Positions 16,407 through 26,300 of a stretch of DNA of 64,000 bases are shown in pieces. Numbering within the stretch: the stretch's first letter is position 1; each line of letters begins with the position of its first letter. The position numbers and the translations under genes are program-made. The notes below the pieces were generated by a model. The model saw only the letters and a list, made by a program, of their open reading frames with translations, was not told the origin of the DNA and made no database searches. The stretch lies in IMG/VR virus record IMGVR_UViG_3300009419_001390; one strand, given 5' to 3'. The DNA is from a virus. Taxonomy: Duplodnaviria; Heunggongvirae; Uroviricota; Caudoviricetes.

Positions 16407-16799
16407 ATGGCATATCAAATCTATTCAAATTCTGCACCAACCCTAAGCAATGTAACCCTTAACACAACCTACTCAGGCGCTGGACTATATCAAGTGACCG
16501 GAACTGGTGGGTCTGGTGGGTACACACTAGCAACTGGCAGTACGAACGGCACCTGGGCCAGCATTAACACCGGCACTACCACACCATCAATTCAAGTAAA
16601 AGGCGATGCAGAATTCGAAGGCAAGGTAATGATAAATGGCCAGGACCTAGCAGAAACCTTACAAACCATTAGTACCAGACTGGCCATCTTGGTTCCTGAT
16701 TCCAAACTACTAGACAAATACGAAGCCTTAAAACAAGCATACGAACACTACAAAACTCTAGAGGCACTGTGTGTTGAGCAAAATAACCCTGACAAATAG
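16407..16799 (+). CDS. small Thr/Gly/Ser-rich fibre-like protein
   Basis: GTGGSGGYTLATGSTNGT low-complexity then coiled-coil; start chosen at first ATG after putative promoter. Confidence 0.4.
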   Translation: MAYQIYSNSAPTLSNVTLNTTYSGAGLYQVTGTGGSGGYTLATGSTNGTWASINTGTTTPSIQVKGDAEFEGKVMINGQDLAETLQTISTRLAILVPDSKLLDKYEALKQAYEHYKTLEALCVEQNNPDK

Positions 16800-16983
16800 C
16801 AGTGGCTCATGGTACCTAAACGCTGGTAGAGTCACTAGAGAAGAACGGGCAGAATTGATTGCCTGGTGCTTTGAAATGTGGGGGCCAGGGTGGGGAGAAG
16901 TGGACACCAGTTTGGATACCACTGTGTTTATATTCCCGCGATTGGCGCATGCCAATTGGTTCATGCTTAAATGGGTAGATTGA
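16771..16983 (+). CDS. LKW-family small protein 1 (ends FMLKWVD), GTG start
   Basis: shares W...W...F-x-F...D...F-x-LKW pattern with the following eight ORFs. Confidence 0.4.
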   Translation: MLSKITLTNSSGSWYLNAGRVTREERAELIAWCFEMWGPGWGEVDTSLDTTVFIFPRLAHANWFMLKWVD

Positions 16984-17009
16984 CAAAATAAGTAATAGTA
17001 TGCTATAAT
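16980..17009 (+). promoter_or_regulatory. sigma70 consensus promoter TTGACA-18-TATAAT; ATG 7 nt after -10
   Basis: perfect hexamers. Confidence 0.6.
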
Positions 17010-17015
17010 TGTACT

Positions 17016-17195
17016 ATGACAACCATAATCTTAACAGACGCAGATAAAGCCACCCAAGCCGGCGCATGGGCAGTGAAAAATATTGGATACAAACACTGGC
17101 AACTTAGTTTGGAAAGTCTATTCCATAACACACAGTATCATTTCAAATTCACGCACAAAAAAGATGCCATGTTATTTTCTCTCAAGTGGTCGTAA
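17016..17195 (+). CDS. LKW-family small protein 2 (ends FSLKWS), 59 aa
   Basis: not in ORF track (<60 aa); family motif. Confidence 0.45.
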   Translation: MTTIILTDADKATQAGAWAVKNIGYKHWQLSLESLFHNTQYHFKFTHKKDAMLFSLKWS

Positions 17196-17449
17196 TGAAC
17201 TCAGCACAAACACGCAGACATCGCAGGGCATTCCGTCAATTAGAACATAGTGTACTAATCGACGCTAAGAAACACAGAGACGCCGGTGCATGGTGCCAGC
17301 AACAGTTTGGCAAGCGTTGGGAAGCTATAGGTAAAAACACCGACGGTGCGTGGTGTATGTTTTGGGCAGGTCGAGACAATCACGACAAATATATATTTCA
17401 TTTTGTCGAAGAACGAGATAAACTGATATTTACACTGAAATGGCTATGA
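17195..17449 (+). CDS. LKW-family small protein 3 (ends FTLKWL)
   Basis: TAATG coupling; family motif. Confidence 0.5.
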   Translation: MNSAQTRRHRRAFRQLEHSVLIDAKKHRDAGAWCQQQFGKRWEAIGKNTDGAWCMFWAGRDNHDKYIFHFVEERDKLIFTLKWL

Positions 17450-17898
17450 TTATACCTAACAAACTCAAACTCACACATCGTGTGTTAAAAAATGTTGCCA
17501 AGCCTGTCACCTTTGAGGATGCACGGCCACTCATGCGCTTGGCCACCATGATGCACCAGTTTATGACTGACAGTGATGCAATTGGCTTGGCTGCACCACA
17601 GGTAGGCATCAGCCGCAGAGTGTTTGTGATGAGTGTTAACGGATTGACCAGGACCTGTTTCAATCCTGAATTTTCTGATGCCACAACAGATCAACTGTTT
17701 GAATGCCAGGAAGGTTGTTTAAGTTTTCCCGATGAATATGTACTTACACATCGTCCAAGAAAGATCTGGGCCAGATATCAAGACATACACGGTGACTGGC
17801 ATGAAGAAGAACTAGAAGAACTTGCCGCTGTGTGCTATCAGCATGAGCTGGATCACTTGAATGGAGTAACCATGCATGATCGTCATGATCAAGGATGA
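17440..17898 (+). CDS. def: peptide deformylase
   Basis: GLAAPQVG, EGCLSFP and QHELDHLNG motifs (PDF motifs I-III). Confidence 0.8.
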   Translation: MAMIIPNKLKLTHRVLKNVAKPVTFEDARPLMRLATMMHQFMTDSDAIGLAAPQVGISRRVFVMSVNGLTRTCFNPEFSDATTDQLFECQEGCLSFPDEYVLTHRPRKIWARYQDIHGDWHEEELEELAAVCYQHELDHLNGVTMHDRHDQG

Positions 17899-18118
17899 CA
17901 GCTTGCCGTTTCCTGCACACTGGACACAGGTGTTTATGCCTTGGGAACGCATGCTGAAACAACGCCCTAACTGTCATGACTTGACCAATTGGGTGAATGA
18001 GTATGCAGGATTTGGTAGATATCAGTTGCGTGGACCAGAGTGGAATCCTACCGCAGGTTTTTTGTTTTACTTTGAAGATGCAAGAGACGCAGAGGTTTTT
18101 ATACTGAAATGGCTATAA
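17876..18118 (+). CDS. LKW-family small protein 4 (ends FILKWL)
   Basis: family motif; start may be an internal ATG (17885/17894). Confidence 0.45.
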   Translation: MIVMIKDDSLPFPAHWTQVFMPWERMLKQRPNCHDLTNWVNEYAGFGRYQLRGPEWNPTAGFLFYFEDARDAEVFILKWL

Positions 18119-18315
18119 AGTTTGTTCGAGAAAAAATGACACTACGTGTGGTTGAGGGATTGGCCAACTACAGTAGTCCCGGGTACACACAAAATGTACT
18201 GGATAAAATTGGGGAATGGTGTTATGAACATAGATGTGGCCGGCGAACCAGTTACGATACATTCAAGTTTCGCCACGAAAAAGATATGACAGCATTTTTG
18301 CTAAAATGGGGGTAG
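18109..18315 (+). CDS. LKW-family small protein 5 (ends FLLKWG)
   Basis: family motif. Confidence 0.45.
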   Translation: MAIKFVREKMTLRVVEGLANYSSPGYTQNVLDKIGEWCYEHRCGRRTSYDTFKFRHEKDMTAFLLKWG

Positions 18316-18316
18316 C

Positions 18317-18526
18317 ATGCAGATAGTTACACTTCCGTTCCGGGAAGGCAGCGCAGAACAAGAATCTCACCGTGGCGTGACTATTTCTCGCTGGCTCAAA
18401 GAACAAGGCATTGTCATGGGTCGAGACTACACCTGGCGTGTGGATCAAAACAATCGCGAACTGCAATTCATGTTCAATGGCGATGCAGAAGCCTGGGCAA
18501 CCATGCTGACCATAAAAGAACTATGA
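18317..18526 (+). CDS. LKW-family small protein 6 (divergent, ends LTIKEL)
   Basis: same size and position in array; degenerate motif. Confidence 0.4.
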   Translation: MQIVTLPFREGSAEQESHRGVTISRWLKEQGIVMGRDYTWRVDQNNRELQFMFNGDAEAWATMLTIKEL

Positions 18527-18741
18527 TCACTATTGCTGTTGAACCATTCTACGACAAACTACAAGAGTATCACCGTGACCACAAGATCGATGTGGAGTTC
18601 TGGGAGTGGATCAAACGTGACTACGGTGCGTATCAGGTGTGGATCAAAAGCAATCCCACATCGGTGGGCGAAAAAGAAGCGGCAGGGTTGTTGTTTGGTG
18701 AAGACGAAGAAGCCACGCTGTTTACACTAAAATGGAGCTAG
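18523..18741 (+). CDS. LKW-family small protein 7 (ends FTLKWS)
   Basis: family motif; ATGA coupling. Confidence 0.45.
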   Translation: MITIAVEPFYDKLQEYHRDHKIDVEFWEWIKRDYGAYQVWIKSNPTSVGEKEAAGLLFGEDEEATLFTLKWS

Positions 18742-19043
18742 ATTTAGAACAGGAACTCATGCAGAATCTTGCCAAAGAGATGGCTGAGCAAATAGATCGT
18801 GAGATTATCAACAACTTGCTTTGGGAGGCAACCTTGGAAGAATGCGCAGACTGGACTCCAGTAGAATTAAAATGGGAAAAAGGCAAAGACACAAGTTACT
18901 TTTGGAATGAAGCATGTGCCTGGGCTGTGGAAAACTTTGGACTTCCGGGCGAAAATTATGTAACACATCCCACCGAAGACAACATGTTGTTCTTGTTCAA
19001 AAACAAAGAACATGCTATACTAATGACACTCAAATGGATCTAG
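18732..19043 (+). CDS. LKW-family small protein 8 (ends MTLKWI)
   Basis: family motif. Confidence 0.45.
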   Translation: MELDLEQELMQNLAKEMAEQIDREIINNLLWEATLEECADWTPVELKWEKGKDTSYFWNEACAWAVENFGLPGENYVTHPTEDNMLFLFKNKEHAILMTLKWI

Positions 19044-19044
19044 C

Positions 19045-19284
19045 ATGAAACACCATGAACTCACACATGCAGAATGGAACCGAATCCGTGAACAACTTCG
19101 CGCAGAATTTGGGCAAAGCATGATCATGCTACGAGGTCGCATGCGTGACGAACTGGGATTCATGCCTCGTGAACACCGTCCATGGGTTCCAAAAATGGAT
19201 GGCGGGCACTGGGGTGAAACAGAGATACACATTGACTTTTACACGGAGCAGGCCAGGACTTGGTTCCTACTGAAATTTGTATGA
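19045..19284 (+). CDS. LKW-family small protein 9 (ends FLLKFV)
   Basis: family motif variant. Confidence 0.45.
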   Translation: MKHHELTHAEWNRIREQLRAEFGQSMIMLRGRMRDELGFMPREHRPWVPKMDGGHWGETEIHIDFYTEQARTWFLLKFV

Positions 19285-19739
19285 AGATTACCGAAGAACA
19301 AATTCGTGAACTTGCTGGCATATTTGATGATATCATTACCAGCGACAGCGATGCAGTAAAAAGCGCCTTTCACAGACTGGCATTTTTAAGTTCGCTGGCA
19401 CAACAGAAAAAAGAAGAACCCGGGCCATTCTCTGACATGGTAACAAGACTGGACTGGATGGAACGTGAAATGACAGAAATGAAACGTGACATACAGATAC
19501 TGCAAAACAACGGGCAGAGTGATTTGTTTACCAGTTCTGACAATACCACTGATATGACATTAAATCTCAGTGGAATCATGGCAGGACCTCTCAGTGTTAT
19601 TGGCAGTGGCAGCGGCAGCACAATGCTCGGTGGACATAACTATGTTAACATTGCTCCGCTGACATCAAATGATATTGTGAGTCTTGGTAGCATGGATCTC
19701 AGCACTATCACTTTAACGGACACAGGAAACAACAAATAA
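19281..19739 (+). CDS. hypothetical protein with acidic/coiled-coil N-half and Ser/Gly-rich C-half
   Basis: ATGA coupling. Confidence 0.45.
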   Translation: MKITEEQIRELAGIFDDIITSDSDAVKSAFHRLAFLSSLAQQKKEEPGPFSDMVTRLDWMEREMTEMKRDIQILQNNGQSDLFTSSDNTTDMTLNLSGIMAGPLSVIGSGSGSTMLGGHNYVNIAPLTSNDIVSLGSMDLSTITLTDTGNNK

Positions 19740-20584
19740 TGGCACAACATTCTCAATACTGGAGCAACACCAAATTCGCAGAGTGGATCCGCGGTGTGGT
19801 AAAACCACATGCACTGACCAGCGAAGGTTGGGATGAGTGGAATGACGAAGCACAACGAGCACATCCTGTTCGCTACTGGATTGCTGAAGAAGCACTGGAC
19901 TGGCTACAAGACTTTGTGACTTGGCCTGTAAGGAAACTCTATGATATCAAGTACTATATTAACAATCGTTGGATCACTCGCACTCATGCTCTTACTGCAC
20001 ACCCTCGAAACATCAAAAGGGGCGAGTGGTGTGATGTTGGCAATCGTTTCCTTCCTTGTCTTTTCAATGAGCTTGTGGATTTTGTTGAAGTAGAATTGGC
20101 ATGGTGGCACCTGGTATGGGAAGGCAAAGAACTCAGAGCCAAATACAACATGCCTTGGTGGGCGGCAGGCTGGTGGCGTGTGCGTGTGTGGCGCTGTCCT
20201 CAGGCAGGACTAGACAACCTAGAATGGCAAAGCAAACTGGTCATGGATCAGCAGTACGGAGTGTCACCCACCGATCCAAATTTTGGCAAGCCTACACCAC
20301 AAGCCGAAAAAGCTATAGAAATCTTGACCTTGTATCGCTGGTGGACCGAAACTTATTGCAATCGACCAGACGCACATGATGCCAGTGGGTGGAGTGCAGT
20401 AAGCGAACAGATTCGCAAAGAAAATGGTGGCAAATGGAGCCTAAGTCAACCCAAGAGCAAGGCTCTGCGAAATGCTCAAAATCGTGCAATCAAACGTGCT
20501 AACCAAATTGAAAAATTCTATGAAAAAGAAGATGAGCAAATGATGATCCGTTTGATCCGCATACGCAACGGACTTTGGACTTAA
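19739..20584 (+). CDS. hypothetical Trp-rich protein (281 aa)
   Basis: TAATG coupling; long ORF. Confidence 0.5.
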   Translation: MAQHSQYWSNTKFAEWIRGVVKPHALTSEGWDEWNDEAQRAHPVRYWIAEEALDWLQDFVTWPVRKLYDIKYYINNRWITRTHALTAHPRNIKRGEWCDVGNRFLPCLFNELVDFVEVELAWWHLVWEGKELRAKYNMPWWAAGWWRVRVWRCPQAGLDNLEWQSKLVMDQQYGVSPTDPNFGKPTPQAEKAIEILTLYRWWTETYCNRPDAHDASGWSAVSEQIRKENGGKWSLSQPKSKALRNAQNRAIKRANQIEKFYEKEDEQMMIRLIRIRNGLWT

Positions 20585-20593
20585 AAATGCCGG

Positions 20594-20622
20594 TTGACCA
20601 TATTTCTTTTTTGTGTTATACT
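20594..20622 (+). promoter_or_regulatory. early promoter box cggTTGACC-17-TATACT (copy 2)
   Basis: same hexamers and upstream CGG as 6898 and 51005. Confidence 0.55.
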
Positions 20623-20639
20623 AATTATACTTGTAAACT

Positions 20640-20993
20640 ATGGATACGATAATGGAAATTTTTACAATTTTGGGAGTAGCATGGGCATTGTTACTTGCAC
20701 TGAGATTTATTGTTGAACGTGCAGAATTCAAAAATAAAATTGAATTGGTCAAAACAGAAGCAGACAAACGCATTCGCATTGTGCAACTGGAAAAGATCGC
20801 AACACAAGGCAATTTGATCTTGGCCTATGATGGCGAAAACAACGACTTTCTCGGACAAGGTGCCACAGTGCAAGAAGTTAAAGAATCTATCATGTCTCGT
20901 TATCCTGAAAAATTCTTTATACTTGAGGACAAAGTGTTTTCTAAAATACAAGATCAACTGGAGGTCCAAATTGGAAATTCAAACTCCCGCTGA
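20640..20993 (+). CDS. membrane-anchored hypothetical protein
   Basis: N-terminal TM helix. Confidence 0.45.
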   Translation: MDTIMEIFTILGVAWALLLALRFIVERAEFKNKIELVKTEADKRIRIVQLEKIATQGNLILAYDGENNDFLGQGATVQEVKESIMSRYPEKFFILEDKVFSKIQDQLEVQIGNSNSR

Positions 20994-21327
20994 AGGGATC
21001 TTACTGCACAAGGACTTTGGTGATGCTCGATTCTATACAGTTCCGTGTGACTGCTGTTCAACTGATTGCGCCCACGACGTCTGCATTGAAGCAGATGAAA
21101 CAGGAGTCACGGTCACAACATACACCACACAAAAAACCAACTGGTGGAGCCGAAACCGTTGGCAAATCATTTGGGAACTGCTTACAAGAGGCTATGTCAA
21201 ATATGAAGCCTCCATCATTATGACACCTCAGGCGGCCTACAACTATTCTGCTGTGCTACAAAGTGCTAGCAAGGATGTGGAAATATTCCGTCGTCAACGT
21301 CAAGCCAAAGTAAATTCTAAAAAATGA
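20971..21327 (+). CDS. hypothetical Cys-containing protein (TTG start after GGAGG)
   Basis: track ORF 20827..21327 overlaps upstream gene; GGAGG-6nt-TTG gives a non-overlapping start. Confidence 0.35.
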   Translation: MEIQTPAEGILLHKDFGDARFYTVPCDCCSTDCAHDVCIEADETGVTVTTYTTQKTNWWSRNRWQIIWELLTRGYVKYEASIIMTPQAAYNYSAVLQSASKDVEIFRRQRQAKVNSKK

Positions 21328-21596
21328 TCTACATCAATGTTGGTTTAAGTAACCCCTGGGGCCGACCCTTTGCCAATCTATGGAATCGGTCAGGCCTGAT
21401 CACCGACCACCTGGCCTGGGAAGCAGAGCTGTTGCAAACACGCACACTGATTGGATTTGAATTCAGTTATACTCGGCGACAAAGCCATGCTGGGCTTACC
21501 CTAGAACTAGCTGTGTTTGGTCACAGCATATCTTTCCAAATCTACGACACACGCCATTGGAATCACGTAACTGGCGCATGGGAAGTGCATCTATGA
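21324..21596 (+). CDS. hypothetical protein
   Basis: ATGA coupling. Confidence 0.4.
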   Translation: MIYINVGLSNPWGRPFANLWNRSGLITDHLAWEAELLQTRTLIGFEFSYTRRQSHAGLTLELAVFGHSISFQIYDTRHWNHVTGAWEVHL

Positions 21597-21733
21597 TTGA
21601 GTTTTTGCATGCTGTTGAATGGTTCATCTACGGCGCCATTGTGGGTTATTTTGCACACCCTGTTTGGCATCTGTTGACAAAAATTGTACAAGAAGCTAAA
21701 ATAGCTAAAGATGAGTGGAGAAACCCAAAATGA
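21593..21733 (+). CDS. small membrane peptide (46 aa)
   Basis: ATGA coupled at both ends. Confidence 0.3.
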   Translation: MIEFLHAVEWFIYGAIVGYFAHPVWHLLTKIVQEAKIAKDEWRNPK

Positions 21734-22107
21734 CAATGCACCTTGCACATCCTAGTTTGAGTCTTACTGGCAAAAAGCGCGGTAAGAAAAAGTTTGCATC
21801 AGCGGCTCATGCAGCCAAGGCACGTGAGCTGGATGACAGTTGGTCTGCTCTTATGGCCAAGTGGGGTCCTGCCAAAGTAGCGCCTGCACCCAAGAAACAA
21901 AAATTAGACTACAAACTAACTGTGCCCGCCGAGCGTAGCACACGACACATTCCTAGTAGAGATACTGGTGGTAATGCTACTCTAGCACCTGCCAAGGTCT
22001 ATACTGGCACTATGGTAAAAGGCATTGCTACAATGCACAAGTCAAACGCAGTGCCGGTCTTTTCAGATCAAGAAGCGATTGACATAAGTAAAATGCGCCG
22101 TGGATAA
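21730..22107 (+). CDS. hypothetical basic protein
   Basis: ATG after coupled stop. Confidence 0.4.
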   Translation: MTMHLAHPSLSLTGKKRGKKKFASAAHAAKARELDDSWSALMAKWGPAKVAPAPKKQKLDYKLTVPAERSTRHIPSRDTGGNATLAPAKVYTGTMVKGIATMHKSNAVPVFSDQEAIDISKMRRG

Positions 22108-22135
22108 CGGCTAACATATAGGAGAAGGTGCCCCT

Positions 22136-22357
22136 GTGGCTAAAGAAGGATTTGTTAATGTAACTGGTGTGGTAGAAGAAGTACTGCCCAATGCTACATT
22201 CCGAGTGGCACTCGAAAATAGCCAACATAAAATAATTGCGTATCTTGGCGGCAAATTACGCCAAAATAATATCAAAGTGCTCATGGGCGACACAGTTGAA
22301 CTAGAAATGAGCCCGTATGATTTGTCCCGCGGTAGGATCATATATCGTACTAAATAG
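22136..22357 (+). CDS. infA: translation initiation factor IF-1
   Basis: near full-length similarity to bacterial IF-1 (GVVEEVLPNATFRVALENS...MSPYDLSRGRIIYR); GTG start; AGGAGAAGG SD. Confidence 0.8.
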   Translation: MAKEGFVNVTGVVEEVLPNATFRVALENSQHKIIAYLGGKLRQNNIKVLMGDTVELEMSPYDLSRGRIIYRTK

Positions 22358-22361
22358 TCGT

Positions 22362-22925
22362 ATGAGTACCATACGACAACTAATTTCACTTGTGGAAAGC
22401 AAGGAAAAGAAAGATCTTGTGCAGGCAACATTGCCTTACAAACGCACAGATCTTGATCCTGTGAAATCCAAAGATACCCTGGACTATCACTACGGCACGT
22501 TGTATCGAGGTTATGTTGATCGATACAATGCCGGCGAAGGCGATGCAGACTTCAACGAAGCAGGTGCGTTTCTACACAACATATATTTTACACAACTACA
22601 ATCACCTGTGTCTGGCAACAAACCTGAAGGCGCCAGTGCAGAACTGATCAATCGTAAATTTGGTACATATCTTGATTTCCAAAAACAACTGGAAAAACAA
22701 GCCATGAGCATACAAGGGTCAGGCTGGGTGTATCTCAGCAGATCTGGCGAAATCAAAACAATCAAAAATCATCAGATCAAAAAAGACATTGCACTGCTAA
22801 TAGATTGGTGGGAACATGCCTGGGCACTGGATTATCAAGCAGACAAGGCCAAATACTTAAAAAATATATGGCGTATTATAAACTGGGAAACTGTGAATCG
22901 AAGAATATATGGAGGCATCAAATGA
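22362..22925 (+). CDS. Fe/Mn superoxide dismutase homolog
   Basis: LPY...YHYG...YV N-domain and [13 protein letters not shown]-domain; all four metal ligands (His, His, Asp, His) alignable to E. coli SodA. Confidence 0.6.
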   Translation: MSTIRQLISLVESKEKKDLVQATLPYKRTDLDPVKSKDTLDYHYGTLYRGYVDRYNAGEGDADFNEAGAFLHNIYFTQLQSPVSGNKPEGASAELINRKFGTYLDFQKQLEKQAMSIQGSGWVYLSRSGEIKTIKNHQIKKDIALLIDWWEHAWALDYQADKAKYLKNIWRIINWETVNRRIYGGIK

Positions 22926-23251
22926 ATATACTAGAACTCAATCCTAGTGCAGTGGAAAAAATTCGGGACATCCTGGCCGAGGAAAACAATCCCAAGATTA
23001 AACTGCGCATATTTGTGCAGGGCGGAGGGTGTTCGGGTATGCAGTATGGCTTTACCCTAGACGAAGAAACCAACGAAGATGACTTTACTATGGATTTCGA
23101 CGGTGTTCCGTTGTTGGTAGATAGTATGAGCAGTCAGTACTTACAAGGGGCTACAGTGGATTATAAGGAAGATCTCATGGGGGCAGAATTCAAGATAATC
23201 AACCCTAATGCGCAAACTTCATGTGGTTGCGGTAGCAGTTTCAGCGTCTAA
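22922..23251 (+). CDS. iron-sulfur cluster insertion protein (IscA/ErpA/HesB family)
   Basis: [11 protein letters not shown] and C-terminal SCGCGSSF motifs. Confidence 0.7.
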   Translation: MNILELNPSAVEKIRDILAEENNPKIKLRIFVQGGGCSGMQYGFTLDEETNEDDFTMDFDGVPLLVDSMSSQYLQGATVDYKEDLMGAEFKIINPNAQTSCGCGSSFSV

Positions 23252-23280
23252 AAGCCAAATTCCTTTATCCCAACACCTTC

Positions 23281-23288
23281 ATAAATAT
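23281..23288 (+). promoter_or_regulatory. T4-type late promoter-like motif ATAAATAT, 19 nt upstream of fibre gene ATG
   Basis: matches TATAAATA core; same spacing at 30585. Confidence 0.35.
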
Positions 23289-23306
23289 CAAATATGAGGG
23301 TGAATA

Positions 23307-26300
23307 ATGTCTCAGCAGATAATAGATATTGGTAGTGGCGCTGGTGCGGGGGATGGCGATGATCTTCGCACGGCGTTTGACAAAGTCAACCAAAACTTCG
23401 CTAACATCTACAGCGGAAATGTAGCAGTTCAAGCCAACACGTTGGTGTATTCCGTTGCTGGAAAACAAGGTAATGTACAGCTAGCATGGTTTGACGTAAC
23501 TGGTGTAGCAAGCAATGTTGACGTAAGCCAACTGCGTTCAAGTATGGCAGCAAATTCTGCCGCTGATCGAGCCTACACTGACGCCGCAATAAGCAGTCTG
23601 GGCCCATTGCCCAATATAACTGTAACCGGCGGCACCATTGCCAATGCTACCATTAGCAATGCCGAAATCACTGCTGGTAACATCACAGTAACCAACACAG
23701 CCACTGTGAATGGCGCATTGGTTGTAGACGGTCCCGCTTCGGTCACCGAAAACCTTGTGGTTGGACAAACCCTCACAGTCAACACCCTGAGATTCTCTGA
23801 CAACAGTAGTATGAACACTGTTGTTAACCTAACACCAATCAGCAATGCTGTGTTGGGTGCTAATGCACGTGTGGCCGCAGCCAATGTTGAAATTGGCAAC
23901 CTACGTGCCAATATTGAAGCGGCAAATTCCAGCATTGTATCTGTGCAAAGTAGCATCACTACTTTAACATCAAATGCTACCACTCAAGCTCTGGCAATTG
24001 GAGCAGTGACCAGCAATGTCAGCGTACTACTATCCAACGTCAGTAGTGTCTGGAGCAATGCTGTTTCTCAAGCTGTCCAGATCAATGCTCTTAGAGCAAA
24101 CATTAACGCAGCCAATGCCATAATCACCAGTGGTGTTGTGACCACTGCACAAATGTCAGCGGCCAACGTTGAAATTGACAATCTACGTGCCAACGTCACA
24201 GCAGCCAATGCGGCCATAGTTTCTTTGAGAGCACAAACAGATGCCAACGCAGGTGCTCAACACAATAGTATTGCAGGCATACGTGCCAACGTCACAGCAG
24301 CCAATGCGGCCATTGTAACAGCAAATTCTGCGCTCAAGGCTTATACTGATTCAGCAATCAGCAGTTTGACTACTAGCACCAGTGGCAACGCTGGTGTGCA
24401 AGCATTGGCAATCAATTCTCTACGTGCCAACATTGCCGCGGCCAATTCAGCTATTGCCGCCGCAAACATAACAGTTGCCAACATACAGATATCTGAACTA
24501 CGTGCCAACATTGATGCGGCCAATGCAGCCATTGCGGCTGTTACTGTAGCATGGACTGCCAATGCCGCAACACAAGCAACACAAATTAACACGCTCACAG
24601 CCAATGCTGGGGCCCAGACTACCAGTCTAAATATTCTCACAAGCAATGCGTCAGCACAAGGCAGTGCTATCAGTTCTTTGCAGGCCAACATTGCCGCGGC
24701 CAATGCAGCCATTGCCGCAATCGCAGTACCCAATTTATCAGGCAACGTTTTGGTTGGCAACATCCAAGGTTACCATGGCAACTTTAGCGTGGTGTCTGGC
24801 ACTGTGCAAACTGCCGCACAGCCAAACATTACCACAGTTGGTACTCTTGGCAACCTGGTGGTCTCCGGCAATATCACTGCTGGCAGAGTAACTGCATCTG
24901 TTGTTGATGGCACATTGACCAATGGTGTACAAGCAGGTATCACCGGCGTTGGTACGCTTGGATCGTTGACCGTGACAGGTAATGTCACAACTGGAAATGT
25001 AAGTGGTACTACAGGTACATTTACCAACATTGTTGGAAACTTGCTCACAACTGCACAACCAAATATTACCACAGTTGGTACTCTTGGTTCGCTTGCTGTG
25101 ACAGGCAATATTGATTCTGGCAACATCAACACCCTTAATGCCAACATTGCCACAAACCGATTGACAGCTAATACTGTGGCTGGCACTTTGATTACTCCGG
25201 TACAAACCAACATCACTCGAGTTGGTACATTGGTCAACTTGGCTGTTACTGGCAATACCACCAGCGGGAATGTAACTGCTTCTGGTACGGTACAAGCTGC
25301 TGGACTTTCGGGTACTGTATTAACAGCCGAACAACCTAACATTACCACAGTTGGTAATCTCACAAGCCTAATAGTAGTTGGCAACCTAGGTGTTATTGGA
25401 AACATAATCAATTCTGTCAACAGTGCCATAGTAATTGGCACTGTGGTTAGTGATTTTACTCTAGCAAACACATTAGTTTCTAGCAACATTAGTGGCACAC
25501 TATTCACTGCTCAGCAACCCAATATAACCAGCGTTGGCACACTGACATCAATTACCACCAGTGGCAATCTTGTGGCATCCAATGTTGTTGCCAACACACA
25601 AATATCAGCCCCTACACTGGTTGGTAACTTGACTGGTCCTACTGCCACAATATCCGGCAATATTCTTTCAGGCAATGTTTGGGTCCTGGGCAGAATATAT
25701 GCAGATGGCAACATTGACGGCAATATTGTTAACGCCACGGTGGGCATCAAGACTGAGGAGGTATTTGCCAACATTGGTTATTTTACTGATCTTAACGGAA
25801 CAGTTAAAACCAATGCACAACCATTCATTACCGCTATTGGTACCTTGTCAGCATTGTCAGTTGATGGCCCAGTTAGTATTACTGGTAGTCAATTTGTAGC
25901 ACAAGATTTTTATGTTACCGGAAACTTGTTTGTAAACGGCAACACCACCACGGTCAGCGCAGGCAATGTAACCACCAGCGACAAAGACCTAACACTGGCC
26001 AATGGTGCTGTCAACTCAACCGCCGCACGTGGTTCTGGTATACTTATTGGTCAAGGCGGAGCATACGGTAATCTAACCATTTATGATGGTGTATGGACCA
26101 CACCAAACGCATTTGCCATTGCAGGCAATGTGAGTACAGGCAATGTAAGTGGCTCTAAAGGATCGTTCAGCATTGTTGGCGGAACACTAGAAACAGCCGC
26201 ACAGCCAAATATCACAAGCGTTGGTACACTGACTTCTGTTACAACAACCGGTGCAGTGACAGCAGCCAACATTACAGTAGCTGGCGCTACAATACAAGAC

